NCBI GenBank assembly: GCA_030141605.1
Contig: JAQGDQ010000394.1
Span: 1-64,000, forward strand
Source: Tubiluchus corallicola
Lineage: Eukaryota > Animalia > Priapulida
Direction of reading: 5' to 3'
Length of the DNA: 64,000 nucleotides
A program made the position numbers and the translations under genes. Shown piece after piece: positions 13,691-41,238 of the stretch (the first letter of the stretch is position 1; every line of letters starts with the position of its first letter). The notes beneath the pieces are model-generated. The model did no database searches, was not told the origin of the DNA, and worked only from the letters and a program-made list of their open reading frames with translations.

Positions 13691-14985
13691 TGGTTGCTGC
13701 AGTGATTTATAATGCAATGATCACAACTGTTGCATCGAGCAATCTCAGTGTGAATACGATTTGACAGAAATTAATCAAACGTCTTTTGGATTGAATCAGT
13801 TTGCACTCAAGCTGCGATAAATGTTCACATTAAATGGCAGAAAACTTGTAATTAGTAAATATCAACAGGAAGCAGATTTGTGATTAGGAAAACGAATGTT
13901 TACCAGGAAGTTACACGTTTCAGCAATTATATCAATGCCATTCTCATAGCACCATCGTTGAATTGAAGTCTGTGAAATATCTTAAATGGTCAATAACAGC
14001 TTCTTCTTAGGAAAATTTCCGGCTCGTCATTTTTGTTAAATTTCTAAGTTGTTGCATTACGTAATCTGCCTTTCTCCAAAACACGCAGCACTATTATACA
14101 GTACACATCTCACTTCGTTTTGATGATTGAAAGTATCTGATAAAAATGTTATTCTGGCTAGCTTCAAACCAAACGCCCATATCAGTGCTAGAAATCTGAA
14201 AATTTAGGAAAATGGAGATGTACACGGTGGTTTATAGATTCTGCTGTGTGTGGGAGCGGGTAGAAAAGCAACTAGCAATAGCACCGTTTAATTTATTTCT
14301 TCAAACTGCTGTTCTTAAATTTTGGTATGGAAGTCTCACAGCCTGCCATCCTTCAGTAGGAGATGATAGAATCCCTGTTATTTCAGCAATCCTTTAATGC
14401 AACAAATTGTTCTGTACTGTTAGCCATTGTTTCTGAGGCACCCTAGCAAAAGTTATGTACCACCCTGTAGATAATGTCTTTTTCTTGTGTTTGTGTTGGT
14501 GTTTACTTCCCGGGAGATAAATACGTTATATGCAAAATAAATCATTTCTATTCTACCAAACAGCAGAATTTATTTTCATATGCCATAATTTCTGCCATTA
14601 ATACAGTATAATTTGTATTTACGTGCTATATGGTGTAATTTGGCTTAGTCATCCTGTAAATTAATTTTTGATTGTTTGTTTCTTTGGTTATTTATTGATA
14701 TTTAATTGTTTAACCTTAGTTGCTGCGTTATTTATATTCCTAATCATGTGATCTATTACAAACCAACCTCGTTTCAATTCTGATGAAATACAGCAGTAAT
14801 TGCAAAGTTTAGAAGAAATTGCTGCATTTTTCTAAGAATTATAAATTTTTGTGTATTTCTCGGATTGATTACAACTGTGTGTGCTATTATTTTAACTGCT
14901 ATAAATTTAAAATATTTTAAAAATGAGTACTCCGTATTTAAATTATGTAATGTGTTTGCGACAATTTGTAAGAAAATATTTGACT

Positions 14986-15178
14986 AGCAGCAGCAACAAC
15001 AACAATAGCAACAACAACAACAGCACAACAACGACGATGTCAACACCAATAACAGCAGCAACAACAACAACGACGATGACAACAACAATAACAGCAACAA
15101 CAACAACAACAGCAGCAGCAGCAACATCAACAACAACAGCACAGACAATGACAAAGACTTCCACAACAGCAGCAGCAA
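14986..15178. repeat. Degenerate (CAA/CAG)n microsatellite
   Basis: Direct reading. Confidence 0.88.
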
Positions 15179-15408
15179 ATGTTTATTTTAGTAGCAACAG
15201 GAACAGCAAAACACGAAAAGCAGAAGCTATTAACAAGAACAAAAATTTCATCGACATTTTTTACATTACACTGGAATCTCACGGAAATAGTGTAATTAAT
15301 CGACATCCACGCTAAATAGCAAATTCTCTTAAATCAAATTATATATTCTTGATTTGATTTCTCGTTTTTTTTTCGATGGACGCGAAAGAGGTTATATACC
15401 TTCTTTTA

Positions 15409-16349
15409 CAATCATTTGCAAAAGTTTAAGACCAAAGTGATTTTTTTCATGAAAATTGACAAAACCATCGTTTAATACTGTTCCATCTAAAAACTATTCA
15501 TTTATTCTTCTAGAAAAATATACCACAGCATAGTTTGTATGTTTTTATCCAAAAACAGTCACAGTCCTTGAACATTTTAGTACTTTGTATGGCCGCCGAA
15601 GTTGTCAATCACTGCCTTCATTCTAAGAGGCATACTGGAAATTAGGTTTTGGCAGTATTCGGAAGTAATTTCTTTAACCCAAACGTCCCTGATAACTCTT
15701 CGCAAGTCTTCAGCACTTGATGGCTGCCTGACTGCCACCTTATCCTTCATTATCTCCCAGAGATTCTCTATCGGATTGAGGTCCAGGCTCTTTCCAGGCC
15801 ATTCAAGTACTGCGATGTTCTTCTCCCTGAGGAAATTGGTGGTCACCTTCGATCTGTGACAAGGAGCTCCGTCTTGCATGAAGACTGTACACTTATGAAC
15901 CTCATATGCAATTCTAGTTTTATGAATTATGCGTCTCATGATGTAGTGGTCTCTTTGGGTAGTCTTCCGCGGACGTCCAGACCTGATGGGCTGTAAGTGC
16001 CATCAGTCTCGAATTTGACGATAGCTTGGTGCACGACTGTCTTGGAAACCCGTAATCTAGCACTTATCGCCCTTTCAGTATATCCTTCTTGGTGTAAAAT
16101 CACGATTTGAACCCTCTGAGTCTCACTCAATGACGATTTTTTGCCCATTTTTGGATCACAAGAACAAATACAAAAACGGCCGATCTGTATGGATAGCGGC
16201 AGGCAAATGAGTCACTCATACTCACTAGACGTACTATTTCAAACCACTAGCAGTATGATGCAATCAAGAAAGAATCTGATGCAATCAGGGTACAGTATGA
16301 TGAAAATCCCGAAAACTCGAGCTTGGTCTTAAACTAATGCAAATGACCG
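15409..16349 (-). mobile_element. Internally deleted Tc1 (DD34E) transposon
   Basis: Imperfect ~27-bp TIRs (CAATCATTTGCAAAAGTTTAAGACCAA / TTGGTCTTAAACTAATGCAAATGACCG), each flanked by TA. N-terminal HTH ORF 15936-16148 and C-terminal ORF 15577-15939 with QDGAPCH...WPGKSLDLNPIENLW (34 residues between D and E). Middle part with the first Asp missing; frameshifted. Confidence 0.93.
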
Positions 16350-17504
16350 TAATAGTGACGTATTATGCACAGGCTGGATTTATTGAGGCTCCTGGGCTAA
16401 TGAAAATATGGGCCTCCTCAGAAATGGCCAGCCATTAACTTGCACGTCTTGAACATTTTAGCGACATTTACATAACTGGAAGTAATTTTATTACAAATTC
16501 TGTAAATAAACAAGAATAGATATCTTTTGTTTGTCAATAAAAATAACCTTTAAAAAATACAACTATTTCACTGCAAAATAAATTGGTACAATTTTACTAC
16601 AACCGTAGTGAGTAACAATTTTTTTTATAAAATATTATAAAAGTTTGAGTGCTAAGCTGCAGCTTATAGCATCCTGGCCTGGTTACGAAGACGGGTTTGC
16701 GTGTAAGTTAAACTTTTCCCATATAGCTGGGTCACTTGAGATGTTTTGTGAATGAGAATGCACGCTTACAAATCTCGTAGCTGACCAGGACGACGTGCGT
16801 GACCGGAAGCAAACCTTTGTGACATCCGGAGCAGTTCCTTATTGACATCAGAACTCCATGCCCTCATAATGGAAAAGCAAATAAGCGAGACGTGTACATA
16901 AGCTAGCGCGTTTTGTCTAAATAATGTTGTCTAAATGTTGCGTTTATCTTAGACAGTGTCGCTCAGGACTTTCTATTTAGTTGCCATGGGCACGCTTGTA
17001 AACAAATAAGCGATACAAGCTGATGATAATATCGGTAAGCATCATTTAAATTAAATCTGCTTTAATAATATTAATGTAAGTGTTTTTCTTATTTTAATCT
17101 AAAGTTGACTGGAGTCACATTTTGCCATTTTATATGTCTCATAAATGATGACGTTTTTGTGTTAAAAATCTTTAGTTGAATCAATTAAATGCCGTTAAAA
17201 TCATCACGATTAAGAATGAAATCATGCAGAAGTGATTGCTGTTGTGTGTGAGATGTGTTGCTTAAACTTGAGTGTCTGTATAACTTTCTAAATGCATGGG
17301 TTGCCAGTTACTACTCTGTTTTGAAGAACCATCCTAAGCAAACGATGGCCTGTCGTTTGTTCTCAGGCATTAGTTTCCGAAATATTCTGTTTTTGACAAA
17401 AATTCTTCTGTGAGTAACAAAACAGGGTAGAGTAAAGTGTAACAGAATAGAATAAAACGAGAAACAGAGATCAGCATATCATAGAGGAGAGCAGAACAGA
17501 ACAA

Positions 17505-17710
17505 AACAACTAGGACAAGTATAGACAGGACAGGACTGGGCAGGAACAGGCAGGACAGAACAGGACAAGACAGGACAGGACATGACAGGACTAAGCAGGA
17601 ACAGGACAAGGCAGACATGACGGTGCGGGACAGGGCATGACTGGACAGGGAGTGACCGGGCAGTTGAAGACTGGACAGGGCAGGAAAGGACACGACAGGA
17701 CAGGAAGACA
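17505..17710. repeat. Degenerate (GACAG)n pentanucleotide repeat
   Basis: Direct reading. Confidence 0.85.
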
Positions 17711-18109
17711 AAATTGATTAGATTAATTCGTCCCGTAAAACAATTAAATTGTGTGAAGGAAACTCACTCAGCTCCATCAGTCAAAAATGTCCTTATTCAG
17801 TAGCAAATTAGAGTCTACAGCAAGTTATACGATGCTAAAATAAACATCATAAAAGACATGAAGACAGTGAAAATTTATGATCTACTTTGAAGAGATAAGC
17901 TAATAGACAATAAATACATAAATTAAGTATGACTTTACTGTTGCTTGCCCTGCATATATTTGATAAATTGCTCTGTAGGTGTTTGTTGTGTTACAAACTC
18001 TGAGTTTATATTGTAGGCCAGTTATCTATTGAAAAAATTTGCTGTAACGCCAATGGTATGAGTAGAGCTATAGTGCAAACGAAAAGAAATTCATTTTATA
18101 TTAGAGATA

Positions 18110-18272
18110 TTAGATATGTTATGTTGTGTTACGTTACATTACATTACATTACATTACATTACATTACATTACATTACATTACATTATATTATATTATATT
18201 ATATTATATTATATTATATTTTATTACATTACATTTTATTACATTACATTTTATTATATTATATTATATTAT
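18110..18272. repeat. (TACAT)n/(TATAT)n pentanucleotide microsatellite
   Basis: Direct reading. Confidence 0.93.
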
Positions 18273-18337
18273 AAAATACGGTACTTTATACTTTTGTTAA
18301 GTTAGCGAAATGTGTGCTACGAATGCTCTGATTAGTT

Positions 18338-18700
18338 TCACGCTTCTTTCTTTTTCTTCAAAATCTCATTCCACCTATTGTAGGCATTGAGGTAAAAACA
18401 TTTATCAGAGTATTCCCACTCACTCCTATCTGCAGCTAACAGCGTAAGTTCTTCTACTCCTAAAGATAGATTTGGTTGAAGTTGTTGAACATCTTTATTT
18501 ATCTTATCTATCCAAGTTGTTTTAGGTTTGCCAGGTGGCGTTTTGCAAGGTTTTAAAGCTTCCTTAAAGGCGATTCTTACTGGTGCTTCATTTGGTAATC
18601 TTAGAAGATGTCCTAGCCATCTTAATTTTCGCATCTTGACTTTTGAATCCAATAAATTTCTTTTGTTCTGGTGTATAAATCTTCATTTTTGAGATTTTTT
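18338..18700 (-). mobile_element. 5'-truncated LINE fragment, RTE-like ORF C-terminus
   Basis: Translation RKLRWLGHLLRLP...GKPKTTW...LAADRSEW matches the typical RTE-clade post-RT tail. Confidence 0.82.
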
Positions 18701-20065
18701 TCTCTAACTTTCACGCAAAGTTATCTAAACTTGTTTAAGTTTAGGAGTTTTATATAACATTGCTGCTAAAATCAGCAATAAAAAGTTCGTAGGTGATGCA
18801 AAATTTCAAAACAATCTGCTTAAGCTATGAAAAATGCGTTTTTGTGCTTTAAACTTATATTAGACTGTAAAACACCAAGTTTTGTTAAACTATGGATGAC
18901 CTTTTTGTTTTCTTCTATTCGTGAATTTTATCATTATAATGAGGGTTGATTCAGGTCAGCATTAAGCGCCCTAAAAATCTGCTTAGCTTAAGGTTTTTAG
19001 CGTCTCCTCTGTTCTTCTATGCCGGTGTGGCATTCGCCTTAAAAAGAGCCAGGTATGATTTCGTAGAACAAGTGCAAATAAAAAATGTCATTTCGTTAAA
19101 TTTCAATAAACTGTTTCCCACTACTGTTCACTGTATGGAAAGATACGCAATTGTATGCTCAGGGCTGCAGCTAAATTTGATTTGGTATCAGCAGTTTATC
19201 AGTAGAACGTAGAACTCGGCACACGCCATAAACGTTTAGGTCAAACAAGTCAGATCCAGGAACCGGGAGTCACCAGGATGACATAAACCCTCAGCCGGGA
19301 CTTCGCCCGTGATGTTTCGTTTACAAACGTCTAATCACAAAAACAAAGGAACAGTCTTTGTAGTTAGTTACACATAGCTTATGAATGTTTATTAACTTTT
19401 CCGGGTTACCCCTTCATCGAGAGTAAATCATTCCACAGTCCGCCCCATAAAACAGTTTTACAATCTGGAGTTAACTCTGGGTACCAGGCCCCATTTAATG
19501 CCTCTCTTTATCACACATAGTGTCAGTCACTGGCAGAAGCAGGCAAGTGTTTAGACTCCTGTCATCTGACCTCAGTTCCTGATACTGAATACTCAGAGAA
19601 ATTCAAAAAATTAAAAACTTAAAAATGTTAATCTTGTAAGGTGTAATGGCAAAATCTCTGAGCTAATGCTTCAAGTTACAGTGTGACGATTCTTAGACCA
19701 GGTAGGCGAGATATTACATTAGTTTAATATGAGCATAAAATTGCGGCTTTTTGGCTGATTTCTGGTGATTTTTATGATTTTGTATTTACTACGATTCTTG
19801 CTTGATGTGCAATGATTGCCTTGCTTGTTGCTTTCAATTTTGAATTCTTGACTTTGTAACCTGCGTATGAAGACCTATTCGTTTTTGTGTTAGGATTTGT
19901 GTGCGTAAAATGCATTTGTCTATCTTACTGTTAATTTATATTAAACATCTACTAAGTTATTTTGATCTTACTAATAATTATTATTATTAATATTATCATT
20001 TATAATAAATTATAAACATATCTAGTAAATTACTGTTACTATTATACCACCGAAATTAATATTAG

Positions 20066-20192
<127 letters not shown>

Positions 20193-20994
20193 TTTGTTCG
20201 TGACTTAACTGTTTTCATTTTGTCAAAATTGATTTAGAATTTAGTTCATTAAGTAATACGTAACATAGGTAATTTATCAGAGATTACGGAAGCTTAGTTA
20301 TTCAAAGATGTGGCAAGTCTTGTACATTGCGTAATCTATACAATCCCATCTGTAGAGTTTAATCATTTAAATTTCAACTTAACAAATCTTAAAAATCAAT
20401 TTTGGTGCACACTGGGATGGTGAATCAGTGGCACTTTATCAGCTCGGCAAACATTTTAAATTATTAAGAACTAAATTTCTTTTCTAGTTGCACAAGTCTT
20501 CAAACAGGTAAGCGTAATGCAATTTGATAGAGCTTTAAATTAACCAGCAAAAAACACCAAGGTAGTTCTTCGTTTCTATGTCGTTATATAGAACTCGCCT
20601 GTTAAAAATATTATTGCATAATTGATTGGTCTAAAAGCCTCTGTCCTTATTTGCAATAGCTAGGAGTTTGTTGCACCTGGTTACGAAAATATTTTATGTT
20701 AAATTAGACAGGCTTAAATCGTCCCACATTTTCAGCTGTACTAAAATGGGATTAGAGGAATTTCTCAAACTACTGGGATCTACTCGCAGATAGGAGCACC
20801 TGCAAAATCTTGCCACCATTTTTTTTAAATTACCACCAAAGACGACAAGGACGTTGAAAAAAATGACAAAATTGTAGTATGACTGGACCAAGATGCCGCG
20901 CCAACAGACATTCTGAGTCTCTCATAAAATCAGGTCTTAATTATCATTTTTATCCTGCAGAACAGAAGTAGAAGCAGCTTACTGGCACTGAATA

Positions 20995-23809
<2,815 letters not shown>

Positions 23810-25457
23810 TAAAAGATTAACGTCCTTCAGTTAAATATGTTACGTTATTTTTCAGTAAATTCTTTTAAGTCATCAACTTTTAAATTCTTATTTCAAATTA
23901 TTAACGTGGATGTCTGTCTAATCAAGTATTAATGCCATTAATGTAATCATTAATCATTATTCAAAAATGTTTTTTGTGTAACTAAAGATTCATTCTAGTG
24001 TAAACAATTTCATCATAGGTACAAGCCCGTTGTGTAACAATATCAGATAAACAAAAAAGATCCACTCTCTAGTTGTAACTATTTTTCTCTTTCGCAACAT
24101 TTAAGATTGGCCTGCACTGGAGAACTTGGATAAGGATAAAATCATCTTTAGTTCATGTCAAATTCTAAACCGCTGTAACTTAAACTTCCTTCTTTTCCTA
24201 CATTTTTTTCTTTAGCGATATTTTCATTTATCCGGTGGAGTCAATTTGCTGAAAAGAAACTGAGAAAGGTGCACAAATCAGCTGCACTTTTTGCGGTCAT
24301 AATTTTTCTTCACAAAACCGTTAATACAAAACCTGTGCTATACTAGCTGTACTAGCTAACCAACTCTTTGCAATACCTACTACAAATTTTCTAAGCAATA
24401 TAAAAAGCACTTTTTTTATTTTAAATTTTTAAAGGACAAAAAAACACTTAGTTTTGCTGTTTTTCCCTTAACGGATAGGCTACTATTTAGGTTACCGTAA
24501 CGCAAAGATTCTTGAAATGACTGTAAAATGCTAGTCTCACATAGTTATAAATGCGAAAGTTTGACAAAACAGCCATTAGTCTCTGAGAAACGTAGTGAGA
24601 TTTTGTTACCGAATAGTAAGAACATGTCACTTTTTGATCGTCAGTTTGGGAACTTCGATGTCAGATGACGATTAGTGTTTGTTCATTAGAAGCTTAATAT
24701 AGATTTGTCGTGACTAATTCTTGTAGTTTCTATAGTTAAGTTACGTTACAGTTTCTTATTTTTAAACCAATTGTATGTTAAGTAAACCATTTTATTATAT
24801 ATATATTAATGTAATTATGTAATAGTGTATTAGTTTGCTTATCTAAAGCAAAACCTACATTAGGTTCTATTATTTTAACCGCATAAAAGACAGTGTTGTT
24901 AGTAAAATATACATGATAGATTTGTGTAGCTCTGTCTGTTTTACCTGTGCTAATGCTTAATGTCCTAAATCTTACTTTTATACCCTTTGTAAAAATTACG
25001 TATGGGGCACATTTATGAAAAGATTTATAGACATCTTCGTAAAAAGATTTCAACATTATGTAGTTCAAATAATGATATTATACTGTAATCAACTGGTAAC
25101 GTTGTTTAATGTATCAACGTATATTGTATGTTGAGTATTTAAATGCCAAGTTATGACTTTTTTATCTTTGCTAGAATTGTGTGTTGAGATTTGGCATGTT
25201 TATTCGAGCTATGATATTCAGATTAGGTGCAAATAGAATCACTTTATTGCGTTTATGGTAGGATGGTAATAAAGTTTCACTTTACTTAGAGTGCTCTTAA
25301 GTACCTAAAGAGACCTGCAGAACTACTGTTACTGTTACTGTACTACTATTACCAGTTACTAGTTGAGCTTTGCAGTCATGGTAAAATGCACACTTTACTG
25401 ACGTGACGTGAGTTATAGAAATACAGCTCACCCAATTACAACTTGTCAAAAGTTCCT

Positions 25458-25625
25458 ATTGTTCTGAAGTTCAATAGTTTTTCTTCAAACAAGATAAATT
25501 CAGAAGTTTTAATTGTTCTGAAGTTCAATAGTTTTTCTTCAAACAAGATAAATTCAACAGTTTTAAAATGTTCTGAAGTTCAATAGTTTTTCTTCAAACA
25601 AGATAAATTCAGAAGTTTTAATTGC
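25458..25625. repeat. ~55-bp tandem repeat x3
   Basis: TGTTCTGAAGTTCAATAGTTTTTCTTCAAACAAGATAAATTCA repeated three times. Confidence 0.92.
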
Positions 25626-26885
25626 TCCAAATTCTATTCATTCACATAAAAAAGTTCTCACTAAAATGTTCGAAATTTCTATACAAATGTTCACAAATAT
25701 TCCACTATGATTCTAATGAAAATGTTCTCAATTTGAGTTCGTGTGCTCATATTTCTGTTCAAATGTTCACAAGGTTTTTTCCATAAGAAAAAAAACATTT
25801 CGCTATTAATGTGATGGCTAGTCCGCTATTCATCCCGCCAACCAACAAGCTAACCAATAAACCAACCCACCAACCAACCAACCGACCAATCAACCAACCA
25901 AGCAACATACCAACAAATCAACCAACCAACCTGTCAGCCAGCTAAACCGGCAAGCAAACAAATTCACACACGAGCAAGTAAACAAAACGAACAAAGAATA
26001 AAACGAAAAAAACAACCAAAAAAATTTTATTTTACGAAACTATTCGTTTTATGAGTTTATTGGTTATTATTCTACACGAACATTTTGTCTCATTTCTTGC
26101 ACTCAATCAAGCACAGACTGGATATGACGAAAATGCTTGTGCAAGTGCTGCCACCTGAACCTTGCTAGATTTGATCCCAGAATGCATTTTGTCACACCAG
26201 TGAAGGAAGTAAATTCATCAACGCAACACAAAATGTTAATATTGATTACAAGATGCGGCCTAATTTCCGGGTGCAATTTTCTTGAATTAAGTTGACAGGT
26301 GATTTCAGAAGTTTTATATAAACAATTTAATTATTATTTTGCACAATCACGCCTCATTGAGTAGTCTAAGCGTCATTAGTTTTACCTGAAAGTTTCCAAA
26401 AAGCGGGGACATAAATTATGCTGATTAAAGTGGCGTTTATGTAGCATCCGAAATGCGCATGCGTTATGCGGGGAGCGGAATTGATGAAATCGGTCATTGT
26501 TTTCAATGCAGCCGTTTATCTGATCTGCGTTATGCATTATTTTTTCTGCCGCTATTTTTTATTGAGTTTTTTCAGAGGGTTTTCCGCAGGTGGATACGCC
26601 CAACGCCCAACGCATGCCGGATGCTACACACGCCACTTAAAGCTCGCGAAAATGACGATAATTACTAAATAAACTATTGAGTAGACTCTACAGAAAAGAT
26701 GCACCGTTTAAATTTTCGTGAAAAACGTTCTAATTTACAGTGGCACTGCAGACGACGAGAATTTTATCTTTGAAGTTTATTTTGCTTATTTAAAATAGCC
26801 ATAAGTCTCATGGCAGTTTTGTAATAAAACAAACAAAAGTTTGTTTTCTCAGCGAAATTCTGCACATCATTATGCTTTGAGCAAA

Positions 26886-27014
26886 ATGTACACAATTCTG
26901 GGTTCACACTGTGAAATCTGTGTTGAGGATGTACAAAAATCTGCGTTCACACTGTCAAAGTTGTGTTGAGGATGCACAAAAATCTGCGTTCACACTGTGA
27001 AAGCTGTGTTGAGG

Positions 27015-27023
<9 letters not shown>
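26886..27023 (+). repeat. 43-bp tandem repeat x3 spanning the collagen-1 start codon
   Basis: ATG(T/C)ACA...TGTGTTGAGG units starting at 26886, 26929 and 26972; the fourth ATG at 27015 opens the signal peptide. Confidence 0.9.
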
Positions 27024-34674
<7,651 letters not shown>

Positions 34675-34939
34675 GTTAAAAAGGCCTAATTGTTCGTCAT
34701 TCCTCGTCGTTATTGTCGTCATCGCCATAAACAATAATTACGTTCTGCTGCAATGTCAATAAGCTGCAAGAATAATGTTACCATTACTGTGTTAATACTA
34801 ATTTGCTGTTCCGTTTTGTGCAATATTATGGCCTGTTACTTTACGTACATTACGTACAATATAAAAGAATATTAATGTTGAAACAATATTTTGGGAATGT
34901 GAATACTTTTATTCACGGTGTCACGGTGTGTGTGCTTTT

Positions 34940-35010
34940 TCAACGAAGTTAAGCAACACGGAGGCAGGTCTGTGCATGGATAGTAACAGCTGAGTTAATT
35001 CTCGCTGTGG
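34940..35010 (+). other. Degenerate 5S rRNA-like fragment (SINE3-like or pseudogene)
   Basis: CGAAGTTAAGCAACACGGAGGCAGGTCTGTGCATGGAT resembles the 5S internal control region; a similar fragment occurs at 38951-39000. Confidence 0.4.
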
Positions 35011-35314
35011 CATGTTTTTTATGCATGACTAAAGAATGTGTCATCATTACAAAATTAAAAAATGAATTTTTGTAATCTTTAGTTTTTTGTTATACTTCGC
35101 TTTACTTGAAGATTGTTCTCAGTGGAGGATTCAAACGACGTTAGTTTTCCTTTCTTTAATACACGACAATCGTCTAAATCTGCTTGAACTGCATGTCGGG
35201 TTGTCGGTACTGTAACAGAGATCCGCGTGGCAGCAACATTTTGCTGCAGTTTTATTGCTTAATTAACGTCTGTGCTTCTTGTCTTAAAACTAACACCCAT
35301 GTAGTTACGTAATG

Positions 35315-36748
35315 TGTGATACAAGAATGAACCTGTACGCTTCTAGCTCTGTGTGACACAGGCCTGAACCTGTACCCTTCCAGCTCTGTGTGACACAGGC
35401 CTGAACCTGTACCCTTCCAGCTCTGTGTGACACAGGAATGAACCTGTACCCTTCCAGCTCTGTGTGACACAGGAATGAACCTGTACGCTTCCAGCTCTGT
35501 GTGACACAGGAATGAACCTGTATGCTTCCAGCTCTGTGTGACACAGGAATGAACCTGTATGCTTCCAGCTCTGTGTGACACAGGAATGAACCTGTATGCT
35601 TCCAGCTCTGTGTGACACAGGAATGAACCTGTACCCTTCCAGCTCTGTGTGACACAGGAATGAACCTGTACCCTTCCAGCTCTGTGTGACACAGGAATGA
35701 ACCTGTACCCTTCCAGCTCTGTGTGACACAGGAATGAACCTGTACCCTTCCAGCTCTGTGTGACACAGGAATGAACCTGTATGCTTCCAGCTCTGTGTGA
35801 CACAGGCCTGCACCAGTACGCTTCCAGCTCTGTGTGACACAGGCCTGCACCTGTACGCTTCCAGCTCTGTGTGACACAGGAATGAACCTGTACGCTTCCA
35901 GCTCTGTGTGACACAGGCCGAACCTGTACGCTTCCAGCTCTGTGTGAACAGGAATGAACCTGTACGCTTCCAGCTCTGTGTGATACAAGAATGAACCTGT
36001 ACGCTTCCAGCTCTGTGTGACACAGGAATGAACCTGTACGCTTCCAGCTCTGTGTGACACAGGCCGGAACCTGTACGCTTCCAGCTCTGTGTGATACAGG
36101 AATGAACCTGTACGCTTCCAGCTCTGTGTGATACAGGAATGAACCTGTACGCTTCTAGCTCTGTGTGACACAGGAATGAACCTGTACGCTTCCAGCTCTG
36201 TGTGACACAGGCCGGAACCTGTATGCTTCCAGCTCTGTGTGATACAGGAATGAACCTGTACGCTTCCAGCTCTGTGTGATACAAGAATGAACCTGTACGC
36301 TTCCAGCTCTGTGTGACACAGGAATGAACCTGTACGCTTCCAGCTCTGTGTGACACAGGCCGGAACCTGTATGCTTCCAGCTCTGTGTGATACAGGAATG
36401 AACCTGTACGCTTCCAGCTCTGTGTGATACAAGAATGAACCTGTACGCTTCCAGCTCTGTGTGACACAGGAATGAACCTGTACGCTTCCAGCTCTGTGTG
36501 ACACAGGCCTGAACCTGTACGCTTCCAGCTCTGTGTGACACAGGCCTGAACCTGTACGCTTCCAGCTCTGTGTGACACAGGCCTGAACCTGTACCCTTCC
36601 AGCTCTGTGTGACACAGGAATGAACCTGTACGCTTCCAGCTCTGTGTGATACAGGAATGCACCTGTACGCTTCTAGCTCTGTGTGACACAGGAATGAACC
36701 TGTACGCTTCCAGCTCTGTGTGACACAGGCCTGAACCTGTATGCTTCC
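35315..36748. repeat. 37-bp minisatellite, about 39 copies
   Basis: Unit GTGTGACACAGGAATGAACCTGTACGCTTCCAGCTCT with variants (GGCCTG/GGAATG, TACG/TACC/TATG); explains the long repetitive minus-strand ORFs. Confidence 0.98.
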
Positions 36749-37460
36749 ATATCCCATGTAACTCGATTAAGCGTCAAATTTGTAAAGTAACAGATATCCT
36801 CTTTTTTTTAATTTGCCCGTTTCCGGGAAGCGGTGCATCAATAAAACTGAATTTGACTTATCTAATTCTCTTTAGCGTGACAGAAAAGTAATAACCAGTC
36901 TACGATGCGCTACTTCTACACAAGTAAATACTTCCATCCGTTTTAAAATGTAGAACAGACGAATTTACAGGAGGATAATAATTTATTTTCTATCAATGCC
37001 AGGCTGTCATGCCGTGATAGATTTAATCCAACAGAAGGACAACATACAGAAGTTTCAGAATTGTATCTTGCTTAAGCCTCGTTTACATAAGCGACGTTTC
37101 CTTTGTTAAGCCGGCCACGCAATCTTTGCTTTTGTGATTAAAAATTCTGCGTCAAAAAATCACTGACATTACATTGTTGATTAGGCATTGCGGAAACGAT
37201 TATTTTGAACAAAATTTCTTTAAGTTGCAGGTTAGCAACTGTTGCAGATGTTGTTCAACAATAACAGATTCTTCGATGCTGGTACTGTGACATTAATTAC
37301 TAAAATCAAGTTCGAACATTATGAAGTGCTTGCATAATTACATCATGATTTAGCCAAGTTAACAACTATTGCTCTTACTATTATTGCACGGATGGTGGCA
37401 ACTATTTTAGTCACAATGGTAGCATGTAAGCTTGAAAGTTGTCTTGCCAATATAACAAAA

Positions 37461-41238
<3,778 letters not shown>

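Noticed and set aside
16370-16681. Possible MITE (CAGGCTGGATTTA ... ATCCTGGCCTG)
   Set aside because: TIR and TSD matches too degenerate to support without other copies.
35252-36757. Long minus-strand ORFs (up to 448 aa) and CRISPR-like 37-bp periodicity
   Set aside because: Head-to-tail units with no unique spacers and no cas genes; ORFs are open in all three frames only because the unit lacks stops on that strand.
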